Shown one piece after another: positions 1 to 10,013 of a stretch of 64,000 nucleotides of DNA; the first letter of the stretch is position 1, and each line of letters begins with the position of its first letter. The stretch comes from a virus. The position numbers and the translations under genes are program-made. The notes under the pieces were generated by a model. The model was given only the letters and a program-made list of their open reading frames with translations. It did not search any database and was not told where the DNA came from. The stretch lies in the IMG/VR virus record IMGVR_UViG_3300029113_000198. One strand, written 5' to 3'.

Positions 1-6
1 GATAGT

Positions 7-879
7 GTGAAGAATCTTCAGAGTGAGCTTGATTCTACCCGGAAGGATCTTAGTGACCAGATCGAGGAGGCTCGTGCTACCAGTAATGAGGCACTGAATG
101 TGATTAGTAGCGTATCTCAGTGTGTCCATCAGATTAAGGACAAGCAGATGGATGATGCGATTCGTTCTACTAGAAACTTTACTCCTCGTAAGGATGTAAT
201 GAGTGACTGGCGTAAGAAGATGTATGAACGTATCAATGTGATTGCCGCAATCAATGAAATGAAGGTTCAGGATGTGTTTCGTGATATTTACGAATACATG
301 AATCGTGTCTATACCTTTGTTATTGAGGAAGAACGTAGAAAGTATTGCGCAAGAACTGGTCGCACTGGTCACATTCCTACGATTGATGTGGTCGAAGCAA
401 GTACGATGTATAAGTCCATCTTTGGTGCCCTGGTTGAAGATTCGTATACTGAAGCAATCAATAAGAAGAAGAAAGAAGCTACTAAACAGAAAGCTCTGCC
501 TGAAGCTAAGGCTGTTGATGCAGTTCCTGAAGTAGATGTCTGTGTTGCTCCTGTGATTGATGTTGAAGCTAAGGAAGTTGAGCCTGAGCTGGTTGTAGAG
601 GAAAAGCCCAAGAAGCAGAGCGAAACGGCAAAAATTCTTTTCCCCATTATGCTTCCTCTGGCAGAAAAGCTTGGTGATAAGCCGCAGTACAAGCACACTT
701 ACACTCTGATTTATGAGCGTATTGGCTATAAGAAAATGAATAATTTGTTTGTGGCTTACGAAAAGGCACACGGTAATGCACCTCATCCGAAAACTAAGGT
801 GTTTATCGAAAATGAAAAGAATCTCGCGCTGTTTAAGAAAACTGTAAAGCAGCTGATGAAAGAGCAGGAGAATAAGTAA
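7..879 (+). CDS. Hypothetical phage protein, probably 5'-truncated by the window edge (GTG at 7 is only the first in-frame start)
   Basis: Long ORF in same orientation and packing as neighbours; lysine/acidic-rich central linker; no recognisable catalytic motif. Confidence 0.4.
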   Translation: MKNLQSELDSTRKDLSDQIEEARATSNEALNVISSVSQCVHQIKDKQMDDAIRSTRNFTPRKDVMSDWRKKMYERINVIAAINEMKVQDVFRDIYEYMNRVYTFVIEEERRKYCARTGRTGHIPTIDVVEASTMYKSIFGALVEDSYTEAINKKKKEATKQKALPEAKAVDAVPEVDVCVAPVIDVEAKEVEPELVVEEKPKKQSETAKILFPIMLPLAEKLGDKPQYKHTYTLIYERIGYKKMNNLFVAYEKAHGNAPHPKTKVFIENEKNLALFKKTVKQLMKEQENK

Positions 880-1499
880 TGTATGTAATCTCGAATGGTC
901 ATAACTACATTATGAAACGGAAGGGAGGTCGAATCTGCGCCACCTGTGATATCAATCTGGCATTACAGTTTGAATCCAAGGGGCTTGCGATTTGTGAGAT
1001 CAACAAGCTTCCCGCCGGGTATAAGAACGGGCACTACGCACCGAAGTCTATGGATGAAGCTACCATTGCAGGCAAGAGTCCAAATATAACGGCTCCGGCT
1101 GTAAAGTCAAATACATACGCATTTCACATGGAAGATTCTGAATGGCTGGCGGAACTTAAAAAGAATTTGGTTATCACAGATAAAACCATGTGTAATTTGA
1201 AAGAGATGTATTCAAAAGTGTACGGTGATTTGACTGCCGCAAGTGATGAGATTGATGACCTTGAGCACGCTATTGAGTTCAAGACTGTTAATGCAGCACA
1301 AGGTTATCAGCTTATGGCAGAACTCAAAAGAGCTCGCCGGAAGCGCAGAGAAGCCAAGGACGCAAAGCTTTTGCTTGAAATCGTTATGAATACTGAAACC
1401 AGAGAGTGGGGAGATGGCAAGCTAGAAACCGCTATTGAACAGCTTGGCACTCGTCAGTTCACTCCAAAGGTTCGTAATGATCTGTTTGAAAAGAAATGA
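879..1499 (+). CDS. Hypothetical phage protein
   Basis: ATG overlaps upstream stop (ATGA-style coupling); 206 aa ORF. Confidence 0.4.
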   Translation: MYVISNGHNYIMKRKGGRICATCDINLALQFESKGLAICEINKLPAGYKNGHYAPKSMDEATIAGKSPNITAPAVKSNTYAFHMEDSEWLAELKKNLVITDKTMCNLKEMYSKVYGDLTAASDEIDDLEHAIEFKTVNAAQGYQLMAELKRARRKRREAKDAKLLLEIVMNTETREWGDGKLETAIEQLGTRQFTPKVRNDLFEKK

Positions 1500-1759
1500 G
1501 GTACATAAAAATGAAGGTCTATATTTTACATGAATGCATTGATTCTAGCGATTTCTATGCCGAAAGTAATGTGATTGCCGCTACCAAGGATAGAATCTGG
1601 GAAACTGGAAGGATGATCGACTTGTTTAATGAGTGCAAGGATGATAATCAACCAGTAGATGAAGATGAAACATGGTGTACAAATTGGGAAGCACATGTTG
1701 TATGTAACGGTGATAACTATTATCGTCACCATTGGAAGATTGATGAGCTTGAGGTGTAA
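1496..1759 (+). CDS. Hypothetical phage protein
   Basis: Translationally coupled 87 aa ORF. Confidence 0.35.
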   Translation: MRYIKMKVYILHECIDSSDFYAESNVIAATKDRIWETGRMIDLFNECKDDNQPVDEDETWCTNWEAHVVCNGDNYYRHHWKIDELEV

Positions 1760-1762
1760 GGT

Positions 1763-1945
1763 ATGCTCAAATATGGAAATATAACGTGTAAACGTTGTGG
1801 TATTACATGGTATGGACCAAAATGCGGAAAGCTTTACTGTGAAGAGTGTCGTAAGGTTGTAAACAACGAGAAGAGTCTCAAGTGGTATAGAAGTAATAGA
1901 GAACTGGTTGCGAGGAATCGTGCAGAGAGAAAAGCAATGAGGTGA
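1763..1945 (+). CDS. Small zinc-ribbon protein
   Basis: CxxC...CxxC pattern (CKRCG...CEEC) in a 60 aa ORF. Confidence 0.35.
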   Translation: MLKYGNITCKRCGITWYGPKCGKLYCEECRKVVNNEKSLKWYRSNRELVARNRAERKAMR

Positions 1946-2769
1946 ATGTGATGAGTGCAGTTGTTGAAAGAAAAGAAGAACAGATATCTAAACTGATTTA
2001 TTTTAATCCGAAACCTTCTGCTCCGGCTAAAAAACGTGGTGTTACAAAAAGTAAACAGAAGCGTAAGCGTAATATTTCTCCAATTAGAAGCTTGGATGAT
2101 GTTCAAATGATTTCGGAATACTTCTGGGATAAAAAGCAATATCGCAATTGGTGTCTATTTAATGTAGGTATTGCAACTGGTTTGCGTGCTAGTGATTTGC
2201 TCAAATTGAAGGTTTCCGATATGTCTTATTGCCTTTATAATGGAAAGATTGAAGTGGTTGAAGACGCTGGAGTTTGTATCGTTGAAGAAAAAACATCTAA
2301 ATATCGTGAGATTATTCTTACTCCAGAAGCGAGAGACATTGTTGAAACATATATCAAGATTGCGAATCTTGGATATGACGACTGGATGTTTCCGTCTCGA
2401 CAAGGGAGTTGGAAAAAGTCTTTAAGAACAAATGGTGGAGATGGGAAAACTGGTATTCCTCATATTGCAGAACCCAAAAAGGCCGGTGATCCTATTGATG
2501 TTGATTCTTTTGCTCGTATTCTTCGTAATGCTGGCAGAGATTTGGGTCTTAATTACAAGATTGCATCTCATTCTTGCCGTAAGACATTTGGTTATCGTGA
2601 GATGTGCCTTAATAAAGATGATAACCAGGCGTTGTCTTGGATTCAGGGTCAGTTGAATCATAGTAGTCAGGATATTACATTACGGTACGTTGGTTTTGAT
2701 GAGGATAAGGCGAAAGAATATTATAAGAAGACTTTTTATGGTGTGAATACACACAGCTTGGAAGACTGA
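1942..2769 (+). CDS. Tyrosine site-specific recombinase (phage integrase family), internal copy
   Basis: Catalytic-domain signatures: ATGLRASDLLKLKVSDM (Arg box), HSCRKTF (HxxR), LNHSSQDITLRYV (terminal Tyr). 275 aa. Confidence 0.7.
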   Translation: MNVMSAVVERKEEQISKLIYFNPKPSAPAKKRGVTKSKQKRKRNISPIRSLDDVQMISEYFWDKKQYRNWCLFNVGIATGLRASDLLKLKVSDMSYCLYNGKIEVVEDAGVCIVEEKTSKYREIILTPEARDIVETYIKIANLGYDDWMFPSRQGSWKKSLRTNGGDGKTGIPHIAEPKKAGDPIDVDSFARILRNAGRDLGLNYKIASHSCRKTFGYREMCLNKDDNQALSWIQGQLNHSSQDITLRYVGFDEDKAKEYYKKTFYGVNTHSLED

Positions 2770-2774
2770 GGTGT

Positions 2775-3461
2775 ATGATGGCTGATACTTATATTAAGAT
2801 CTGGGATACCTATGAGAGCTACTTTGAACCCCTTAGTGCTGCTGAGGTGGGGCGTCTGGTATTGGCGATGATGAAATACAAATCGTCTGGAACAGAGCCT
2901 GAACTCAACGGAAATGAGCGGTATGTGTGGCCTGCTGTGAAGAGAGATTTGGATAAAGATGCCGAATACATCGAAGGTAAGAGGATTTCTGGTAAAGCTG
3001 GTGGCTCATCAAGCAAGCGTAAGCAAAACGAAGCAAACGCAAGCAAAACAAAGCTAGAAAAAGAAAAAGAGAAAGAAAAAGATAAGATATCGTCTTCGTC
3101 TTATGATGAAACGACAATGACGAAACCTATCGAGGATGTTTTCCGAGAGAATATCGGGAAGCTTGGCGCTACTGGTCAAAAGGCTTTAGCAGAATATGTT
3201 GAGCGAATGGGTGACGAACTTGTGCTTGCCGTGATTGGTAAGTGTTCTGATCTCGGCGGTAGCACATGGGCTTATGTGCGAAAAGCACTGGACGAAGCTG
3301 AATCACTTGGTTGTAAGACTGCTGATGATTATCGCCGGATATGTCCGATAGGGAGTGGTCGCAATCTTAGAGTGAGTAGGGACACTCAATGTGGAACCGA
3401 TTGGCTAAAAAACGCAACCTTGGATAAAAGTCTTCGCAGAATGAAAATGATAAAAGAGTGA
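2775..3461 (+). CDS. Hypothetical protein, possible DnaD-like replisome-organizer N-domain
   Basis: N-terminal YIKIWDTYESYFEPLSAAEVGRLVLAMMKY resembles phage replisome-organizer/DnaD-like N domains from memory; KE-rich linker. Weak. Confidence 0.3.
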   Translation: MMADTYIKIWDTYESYFEPLSAAEVGRLVLAMMKYKSSGTEPELNGNERYVWPAVKRDLDKDAEYIEGKRISGKAGGSSSKRKQNEANASKTKLEKEKEKEKDKISSSSYDETTMTKPIEDVFRENIGKLGATGQKALAEYVERMGDELVLAVIGKCSDLGGSTWAYVRKALDEAESLGCKTADDYRRICPIGSGRNLRVSRDTQCGTDWLKNATLDKSLRRMKMIKE

Positions 3462-3668
3462 TTTTAGGAGCGTGATTATGTGAATGAAGATATCGTTTTG
3501 CGAGGCGATGAAGCAAAACAGTTTGTGTATAATCTGCATCATCCCAATGTTGCTAAAATAGTGGAAAAGAATAGACGACGGGATAAGGCACTTGATGAAG
3601 TGAACTATCAGGAAACAGATGATGGTTTTACGTTTGACATTGATAAAAGTAAATTGGAGGTTTAAATT

Positions 3669-4070
3669 ATGGGACTGTTACTTGGCTTGGGTTTGCTTGG
3701 AGCGGCATTTGGCATTGATGCAGCAAAGCAAGTACCGTTTGATAGAGCGTATCGTCGTCTGGAAAATGAGTGGGGAACTTGTACATCGGAAGAGAGTAAG
3801 CGATGTGATGCTCTGAAATATGCCGTACAGAACGGTTTGTGCTTCGAGAATGAAAAAAAGCCTGTGATTGAGTGGCAGAAGCTGAGGGATCTTCAGTGGA
3901 AATATCAGCTGGCTGGTATTTCTTGGCCGAGAGAATCCGCGATTCGAGATGTGTGTCGTCTAGCAGCTCGTGACCGTGGTTTTGAATACAAAGGATATCT
4001 GCGAAACACATTGACGTTTGGTTATATCACTGATCCGAAAAATATTTGCAAACTTGGCATCGTAGATTGA
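3669..4070 (+). CDS. Hypothetical phage protein
   Basis: 133 aa ORF with RBS-like AGGAGG upstream. Confidence 0.35.
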   Translation: MGLLLGLGLLGAAFGIDAAKQVPFDRAYRRLENEWGTCTSEESKRCDALKYAVQNGLCFENEKKPVIEWQKLRDLQWKYQLAGISWPRESAIRDVCRLAARDRGFEYKGYLRNTLTFGYITDPKNICKLGIVD

Positions 4071-4084
4071 GAGGAGATTTGAAA

Positions 4085-4390
4085 ATGAATAACACTCGTA
4101 GAAAAGCTATTAAGCAGACTATTGATCGTTTTTGTTCCATCCGTAAGAAGCTGGAAGAACTTGTATCTGAGGTCGAAAGTGTAAAATCCGATGTTGAGGA
4201 TATCCAGTGGGAAGAAGAAGAGTATCGTGACAATATGCCGGAAAACCTGCAGGGAAGTGAACGGTACGATAAGGCAGATGGCGCTTGCACAAACCTGTCC
4301 GATGCTGTGGATGCTCTGGATGATATGATTGGTGCGTTGGATTTTGATTTTGGAGATGTGACTACATCTCTTGAGGAAGCAATGGAATGA
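4085..4390 (+). CDS. Acidic hypothetical protein
   Basis: ATG at 4085 preceded by GAGGAG; highly acidic C-terminus. Confidence 0.35.
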   Translation: MNNTRRKAIKQTIDRFCSIRKKLEELVSEVESVKSDVEDIQWEEEEYRDNMPENLQGSERYDKADGACTNLSDAVDALDDMIGALDFDFGDVTTSLEEAME

Positions 4391-4920
4391 TTAAGACCAC
4401 AAACCCATTAAAGAGAAGTGCATGGGCTGTGTTCTTGTACAGAGGCAGACAAGTTTATTCATATCTTTTGCGTAATAGCAATCTTGGCGACAAGGAGCGT
4501 ATGGTAGAACTGCTGGCACGAAGATACATGACAGAGCCTGAGAATATTGTTGTAGATATTGAATTTAGAGATTGAGGTGATAGAGAATGACCGCGTTTGT
4601 AATGTTTGCTTTTAATGTGGCACTGATAATAGCAGTGAATAATAGTCCGTTTGCATTTTAAGTGGAGGCATGAATATGAAAGAACTGGAAGAAATTTACA
4701 ATCGATTATATGATGAATACATTGACGCTAGACGAAAGCATTTTGAGTCTGCTCTCGATATGAAAAAGAATGGTGACAGAATATATCTACATGGTAAAGT
4801 GCATGGGTTAGAAATTGCCATTAACATCGTCGATGAAGTGCTCGAAAGGGTTAAGGCAGAATATATCAAGGAAGCTTTTGACGTAGACCCATATAAAACC
4901 TAAATTCTTTTGGAGGGAAA

Positions 4921-5185
4921 TATGAGATACACAAAGCGTGAAATTATTGGTGCATATCGGATTCTCACGAAGAATATTCAGCAGAATGATCTCGGTTGGC
5001 GTGGAAAAATGATTTTAAGTGATGTACTTGATGACTATTTCAGTCGGGTTGAGGGTGAAAAGGTTGTCGTAGATCAAAAGTATGGAAATTTTCGTTGTCC
5101 AAAATGCAATACGGTAATTACGAGTAGGTATGATCACTATTGCAGAGATTGTGGTCAGAAGTTTGATTGGAGAGAAACAAGATGA
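4921..5185 (+). CDS. Zinc-ribbon protein
   Basis: CPKCN...CRDCG; ATG at 4921 after GGAGGG RBS. Confidence 0.35.
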
Positions 5186-5702
5186 AGATTGATTTGACTC
5201 TTAATGAAGCACGAGTAATCCAAGACGCACTTGATGCGACGAGCCTGTGCCGTTCTGGATGCTACATGGGTTACAAGAGTGGTGATGAGGATTTGTGTTT
5301 CAAACTTGATAAGGATGGAAATTATCGCTGCAAGCTAATGCGAGAAATTGATTCTATCAATGGCAAGCTTGAGGATGTAATAAATAAAGGCCGATAAAAT
5401 CCGGGTTCTTGTGGATATTTAACAAAAGGATGTGTGGACCGATGATATAACTATTGATGACGTAGGATTATTAGTAAAATTTTGGTAATTTTGATAATTG
5501 TGTTGAATAATCTCTTTGTGCGGTGTATGCTTGAGACAACCTCAATACAAGATGGTCAAGCCAAAAGAATGTGAGGTTAATATAATGTGGATTATGATAA
5601 TTTTACTTATGGTATTGAATGCTGTGTACGCATTTGGTCTGTTAGGAGCGCTTTCCGATGCTGATGATCAGAGTGAGCGGCTGGTAATGGAACAGGGAAG
5701 GG

Positions 5703-5942
5703 ATGGCCGAAATGGATAATTTGAAACCATGTCCGTTCTGTGGTGGAGAAGTTGCCATTGACGAAACAGGGACTGATACAAAGAAGTGGATGTTTATTTC
5801 GAGAGCGCACGGAGAAAACAAATGCACTTGCCGTGTTTTTATGGAAAGTGGGGAGTATTGGTTTGATTGCTCCGAAAAGGATAAAGAAAGAATTAAAGCC
5901 GACCTTATTGAAGCATGGAATAAACGAATTTATAAAAGTTAA
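5703..5942 (+). CDS. lar: Lar-family restriction-alleviation-like protein
   Basis: N-terminus LKPCPFCGGE followed by a second Cys pair (CTC...C), the characteristic start of Lar-family small zinc proteins. Confidence 0.45.
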   Translation: MAEMDNLKPCPFCGGEVAIDETGTDTKKWMFISRAHGENKCTCRVFMESGEYWFDCSEKDKERIKADLIEAWNKRIYKS

Positions 5943-6632
5943 GATTTAAGAGGAGTTAAACATGGGCAAACGAATTGTTGACAAAACCAAAAAGTCCAAC
6001 GTGAAGTGTGAACATTGCGAAAACTGGACTGGTTATATTGATAATGAAGCGCATTGCAAATTGGACAATCAAGAAAAAGCTTATTACCAAAGATGTAAGC
6101 AGTTCCAATGGAAGCGTTTGATTGATTCGCAATTTGATAAAAAGCTGAGATTTAAGGGTTAAACAATGAAGATTGTAAATCATCGAGAGTTTGATAAAGA
6201 ATATTTCGAAGCCAAAAAGAAGCTTTATGGAACGGATATTGAACTTATTCAAGACGGGGACGGAATTGATACCCCAATGAAGGTGAAAATTGCAATTCCG
6301 GGAGTGATGATGGATTTTGAGGAAGCAGCAGTGTTTGCAGAAAAACTTTCCAAAGCCGCAAATATCGCAAAAGAATTTAAGTACAACGGATATTTTCTGG
6401 ATTGGAATGACTGATGTTTACTAAAACTGAGATTTAAGGAGTGAGTAGTTATGAAAGTTGGAGATAAAGTTTACGCTGAAGATTGGTGCGAAGGCACTAT
6501 CGATGAAATCGATGGAGATACTGCCATTGTTGAGTTTGATACTTCTTGCGGAGGTGGAAGACTTTCGTTTTCGTTGGAAGAGCTTCAGTTAGCTGAGTTT
6601 GATAAAAACTAAGTTTTAATAGAGGTGATTCT

Positions 6633-7385
6633 ATGACAAGAAATGAATTGCTTGGAGCGTTATGCTTTCCAGAATATAATTTTCTTCGGGAGAATGAGCA
6701 TCTTGGCAAACACATGATGTTTGTGACGGTCGGTGGCAGTCATGCTTACGGGACAAATGTTGAGGGCTCAGATCTTGACATCCGAGGTGTAGCATTGAAT
6801 TCAAAAGAAGACCTTCTTGGTCTCGGTGAGTTTGAGCATTATGTGGACACTCAGACCGATACAACGATTTATAGCTTTAACAAAGCTGTGAAATTGATGT
6901 GCAGTGGAAATCCCAATATGCTGGAACAGTTAGGGAATGCCGATGAACTCGTTATTAGCTATAACCCAATGACGCAGCTACTTATGGACAACAAAAACCT
7001 ATTCCTTTCAAAGCGTGTGATTTACTCGTTTGGAGGTTTTGCAGGCAAGCTGATTCAGAAGTCTGATATATTAGACAAAGATCCAATCTACCATAATTCA
7101 AAGAAAATGCACAAGACGGTAATGAATGCAGTTCGTGTATACCTGATGCTCTTTGACATCTTGGAAAAAGGTGAAATTAAAACCTATCGAGACAACGATC
7201 ATAACCTCCTGACGCAGCTTCGCAACGGTGAATATGATTACAAAGCGATTCGTCAGCAACTGATTCCGGCCTATGAAAGCAGATTGTCAGTTGACAAGAG
7301 TGAGACTTACCTGTCGGACAATGTTGATTGGAAGCTGGTCAACGAGCTTGTGATGACTGTAAATGAGGAGTCTTTAAAGATTTGA
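6633..7385 (+). CDS. Pol-beta superfamily nucleotidyltransferase (PF10127 / RlaP / YcgL-like)
   Basis: VGGSHAYGTNVEGSDLDIRGV = hG[GS]...[DE]h[DE]h NTase motif in the GSxxYG...SDxDxRGV form typical of the ~250 aa predicted-nucleotidyltransferase family. Confidence 0.55.
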   Translation: MTRNELLGALCFPEYNFLRENEHLGKHMMFVTVGGSHAYGTNVEGSDLDIRGVALNSKEDLLGLGEFEHYVDTQTDTTIYSFNKAVKLMCSGNPNMLEQLGNADELVISYNPMTQLLMDNKNLFLSKRVIYSFGGFAGKLIQKSDILDKDPIYHNSKKMHKTVMNAVRVYLMLFDILEKGEIKTYRDNDHNLLTQLRNGEYDYKAIRQQLIPAYESRLSVDKSETYLSDNVDWKLVNELVMTVNEESLKI

Positions 7386-7410
7386 TAAAAACCAATATTT
7401 TTGAAAGGAA

Positions 7411-8037
7411 GTGATTTTTATTAACTCCAATTTGTTAATAAATCGTAAGCAAAGTGTTGCTATTGTGTGTATAATGTGCCTGTTGGCAGGGAATCTGGTA
7501 TCGAAGATCAGCCCGGTGATTCAAAATCAGAGTAATTCGTACCTTTATAATAGTAGTCCTCCGGCAGTGAGTGTTGTGCAACAAGAGGAAAAGGAGTCAG
7601 AAGTCATTGTAGAGACTGTTGTTGAGACGCGGATTGTGAACTTCAGTCAGGGGAAGCGCGAGCTTACCGATGACGAGCGTGCTCTTGCGGAGCAGATTGT
7701 TGCTTGTGAAGCAGGTGCTGATAGCCTAGAAGGTCAGATGGCTGTGGCTCAATGCCTTTATGATTCCGCTGTGCTTGATGGTCTAACCATCCAGCAGGTA
7801 TTTAAGAAGTATGGTTATAGTTCCTTATATAATAGGAAGGTGACGGCAGAGAACGAACTGGCTGTGTCTATGGTGTTTGATTACGGTGCTAAGATTTCAG
7901 ACAAACCTATTCAATGGTTTGTGACCCCGGCGGCAGCTCCCGGCAGTTGGCACGAGCGCGGAGCAACATTTGCTGGACAATTTGGCGCACACAGGTTTTA
8001 TTATGACGCGAAGCTGGTTGTGGATGATGCTGAGTAA
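7411..8037 (+). CDS. SleB-like cell-wall hydrolase (Hydrolase_2 domain) with N-terminal TM/signal segment
   Basis: N-terminal hydrophobic segment; LAEQIVACEAGADSLEGQMAVAQCLYDSA and QWFVTPAA...HERGATFAGQFG...FYYD match the SleB/cell-wall-hydrolase fold signature. Confidence 0.6.
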   Translation: MIFINSNLLINRKQSVAIVCIMCLLAGNLVSKISPVIQNQSNSYLYNSSPPAVSVVQQEEKESEVIVETVVETRIVNFSQGKRELTDDERALAEQIVACEAGADSLEGQMAVAQCLYDSAVLDGLTIQQVFKKYGYSSLYNRKVTAENELAVSMVFDYGAKISDKPIQWFVTPAAAPGSWHERGATFAGQFGAHRFYYDAKLVVDDAE

Positions 8038-8160
8038 ATGGCATCATCTAAAATTTCGATAAACAATACAACAAAAAGATGTTTAATATATTGACGAAAA
8101 CAAAAAGATGTGTATAATATATCTTGAAAGTTGTTTATGTGAGCGGAAGGCGGTATTTCA

Positions 8161-8487
8161 ATGAGTGAGAAAAAGGTTTTGGAAATTATACAGGTTGAAA
8201 ACTTTTTGAAGTACATAAGAAAAAAGCGAGTGTGGGTTTGCTTTATTTGCAATGGTGTGGATGTTCACATGATCTGCAAGAAGATGGATGACATTGGTGT
8301 AGAGACACATGGGGTTGTCAAAGGCATTGGATTTTTTGGAAACGAAAGTCATGTTGAGTTGCGGCAAGAATGCTATGAAGTAAGGAAGATAGAACTTAGG
8401 CCGGGCGATAAAGAGAAAGCGTATGAGATGATCTTCGATAACACCAGTGTGTTCGTGTCGGAAAATCCTGAGTTGTACGGGCACTAA
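8161..8487 (+). CDS. Hypothetical protein (candidate partner of the downstream MazF)
   Basis: 108 aa ORF. Preceded by an AT-rich region carrying two tandem ~30-bp repeats (caaaaagatgtttaatatat / caaaaagatgtgtataatatat), each containing a -10-like box. Confidence 0.4.
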   Translation: MSEKKVLEIIQVENFLKYIRKKRVWVCFICNGVDVHMICKKMDDIGVETHGVVKGIGFFGNESHVELRQECYEVRKIELRPGDKEKAYEMIFDNTSVFVSENPELYGH

Positions 8488-8506
8488 AAATATTTTCAAA
8501 AACCTC

Positions 8507-8535
8507 TTGACTTATATGGTTGTATCCTGTATAAT
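8507..8535 (+). promoter_or_regulatory. Consensus sigma-A type promoter TTGACT-17-TGTATAAT driving the mazF-like gene; contains inverted copy of the conserved phage motif
   Basis: TTGACT 8507-8512, 17-bp spacer, TATAAT 8530-8535 preceded by TG; motif GTATCCTGTATAATATAGCTAT at 8522-8543. Confidence 0.7.
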
Positions 8536-8578
8536 ATAGCTATGGAACGGAGCTACACTATTATAGAGGAGAAAGATT

Positions 8579-8998
8579 ATGGACAACAATATTGACCCAA
8601 AGGTCGGAGAGGTTTGGTTGGTCGATTTGTCAAATGCGACAGGTCATCAGCAGCGCGGTATTCGACCGTTCGTTGTGACGAGCAACAATAAGCGCAACTT
8701 CTTTAGCCCCACAATCAAAGGGAATCCATTGTCTTCCAGAATATACAAGCGTTCTCCGGTTCATGTTCTACTTTCAAAGGAAGACTGTAATTTCTTAGAG
8801 GTTGACAGTATCGTTCTTTGTGAAGAGACTGACACGCTTAACAAAGGACAGTTCATCAAAAAACTTGGTGTCTTGTCGGAACGTCAGATGAATATGATTG
8901 CAATGGCAAGATGTAAGGATGAACCGTTTTTGCTCGCAGCATTCCTGAGCGGCGTACAACATACTATGGAATTTCAGAATTTTGCCGCATTTGCTTGA
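8579..8998 (+). CDS. mazF: MazF/PemK/EndoA-family endoribonuclease toxin
   Basis: VGEVWLVDLSNATGHQQRGIRPFVVTSNNKRNFFSPTI aligns with B. subtilis EndoA ([29 protein letters not shown]...RFSPT); downstream HV..L and QMNMI blocks also conserved. Confidence 0.8.
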   Translation: MDNNIDPKVGEVWLVDLSNATGHQQRGIRPFVVTSNNKRNFFSPTIKGNPLSSRIYKRSPVHVLLSKEDCNFLEVDSIVLCEETDTLNKGQFIKKLGVLSERQMNMIAMARCKDEPFLLAAFLSGVQHTMEFQNFAAFA

Positions 8999-9051
8999 TT
9001 TTTTATAATGTTTAATGGTACACTACATATAATAAGAAGGAGTGTGCCACT

Positions 9052-9978
9052 ATGCTTACTGAAGAAAAAATCAACGCTTTTGCCGAAAGGTATTCTGATA
9101 AAAGCGGTAAGTTTGTTGTATCGACACTTAACAATGTTATGATCTATGAGGCCGAGTGTGGGTATGAGTTGTTTGATTTTACAAAAAATGATTTTGTAAA
9201 GATGTTTGCAAAATACAATTGGGTGAACTCAAGTCGTTCATTTAGAAATGTGAAATCAATAATCACTGGCTACATCAAAAGTGAAGATCGTACAAGTTTG
9301 TATGACTTGGCTGAATTTTCGGAAAATGACGTAAGTTCAGACGATATGTATGCAGACAAGTATTTTGCATCGGTTGATGAATTTGTTGACTTATTAAATA
9401 AATACGAAGAGCCATATCAGATTCGTATGAACGTGATTGCTGTATTATACTGGATTGGACTTACCGCTGGTGAAATTGTTAATCTAACAATCAATGATGT
9501 TGATTTTGAATCTCGTACTGTTCTCAATAGGACTGGTATTGATGCGAGGTTGATGGATATCATCAAGCAGTGTTATGAAATGAAACAATATGATGCTCCC
9601 AACATGGGAGGATACAGAACGTTTTATGTCATAAACGGTGATTACATCCTTCGCAAAACAGAGGACAGGACTGGAGCAGACAGTGACCCAAAGATATCTA
9701 CAAATACAATTCATACCTATTTTATGCGATTGAATGATATTCTCGAAAAAAGAGGTTGTTCTAAGATTTTGGACCAAAGACATTTAACAAGAAACAACGA
9801 GTATATCAAGGTTTATGACTATTGCAAAACTCATCCAGAATTTAATCTTGTAGAACTTAGCTTCGGAAATGGTAAAGATCCTCTTGCAGACATTATCGGA
9901 AGAAAGTGTAGCAAGGTAGCCTATATTAGCTTCCGGCAAGGATACAAGGGCTGGATTGAGTATTTCCATAAAAATTAA
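9052..9978 (+). CDS. Hypothetical protein with degenerate tyrosine-recombinase-like box (no catalytic Arg)
   Basis: IAVLYWIGLTAGEIVNLTINDVDFESRTV resembles the integrase Arg-box region but Arg is replaced by Thr; no clean HxxR/Y. 308 aa. Confidence 0.35.
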   Translation: MLTEEKINAFAERYSDKSGKFVVSTLNNVMIYEAECGYELFDFTKNDFVKMFAKYNWVNSSRSFRNVKSIITGYIKSEDRTSLYDLAEFSENDVSSDDMYADKYFASVDEFVDLLNKYEEPYQIRMNVIAVLYWIGLTAGEIVNLTINDVDFESRTVLNRTGIDARLMDIIKQCYEMKQYDAPNMGGYRTFYVINGDYILRKTEDRTGADSDPKISTNTIHTYFMRLNDILEKRGCSKILDQRHLTRNNEYIKVYDYCKTHPEFNLVELSFGNGKDPLADIIGRKCSKVAYISFRQGYKGWIEYFHKN

Positions 9979-9982
9979 AAAC

Positions 9983-10006
9983 AGGGGGCTTCGGCCCCTT
10001 GATTTT
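9983..10006 (+). terminator. Rho-independent terminator
   Basis: AGGGGGC-ttcg-GCCCCT hairpin followed by TGATTTT. Confidence 0.7.
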
Positions 10007-10013
10007 AACACGT

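Noticed and set aside
9052-9978. Calling this a functional integrase
   Set aside because: The Arg-box arginine is replaced (GLT not GLR) and no clean HxxR or terminal-Tyr box is visible. Retained as a degenerate or repurposed homolog.
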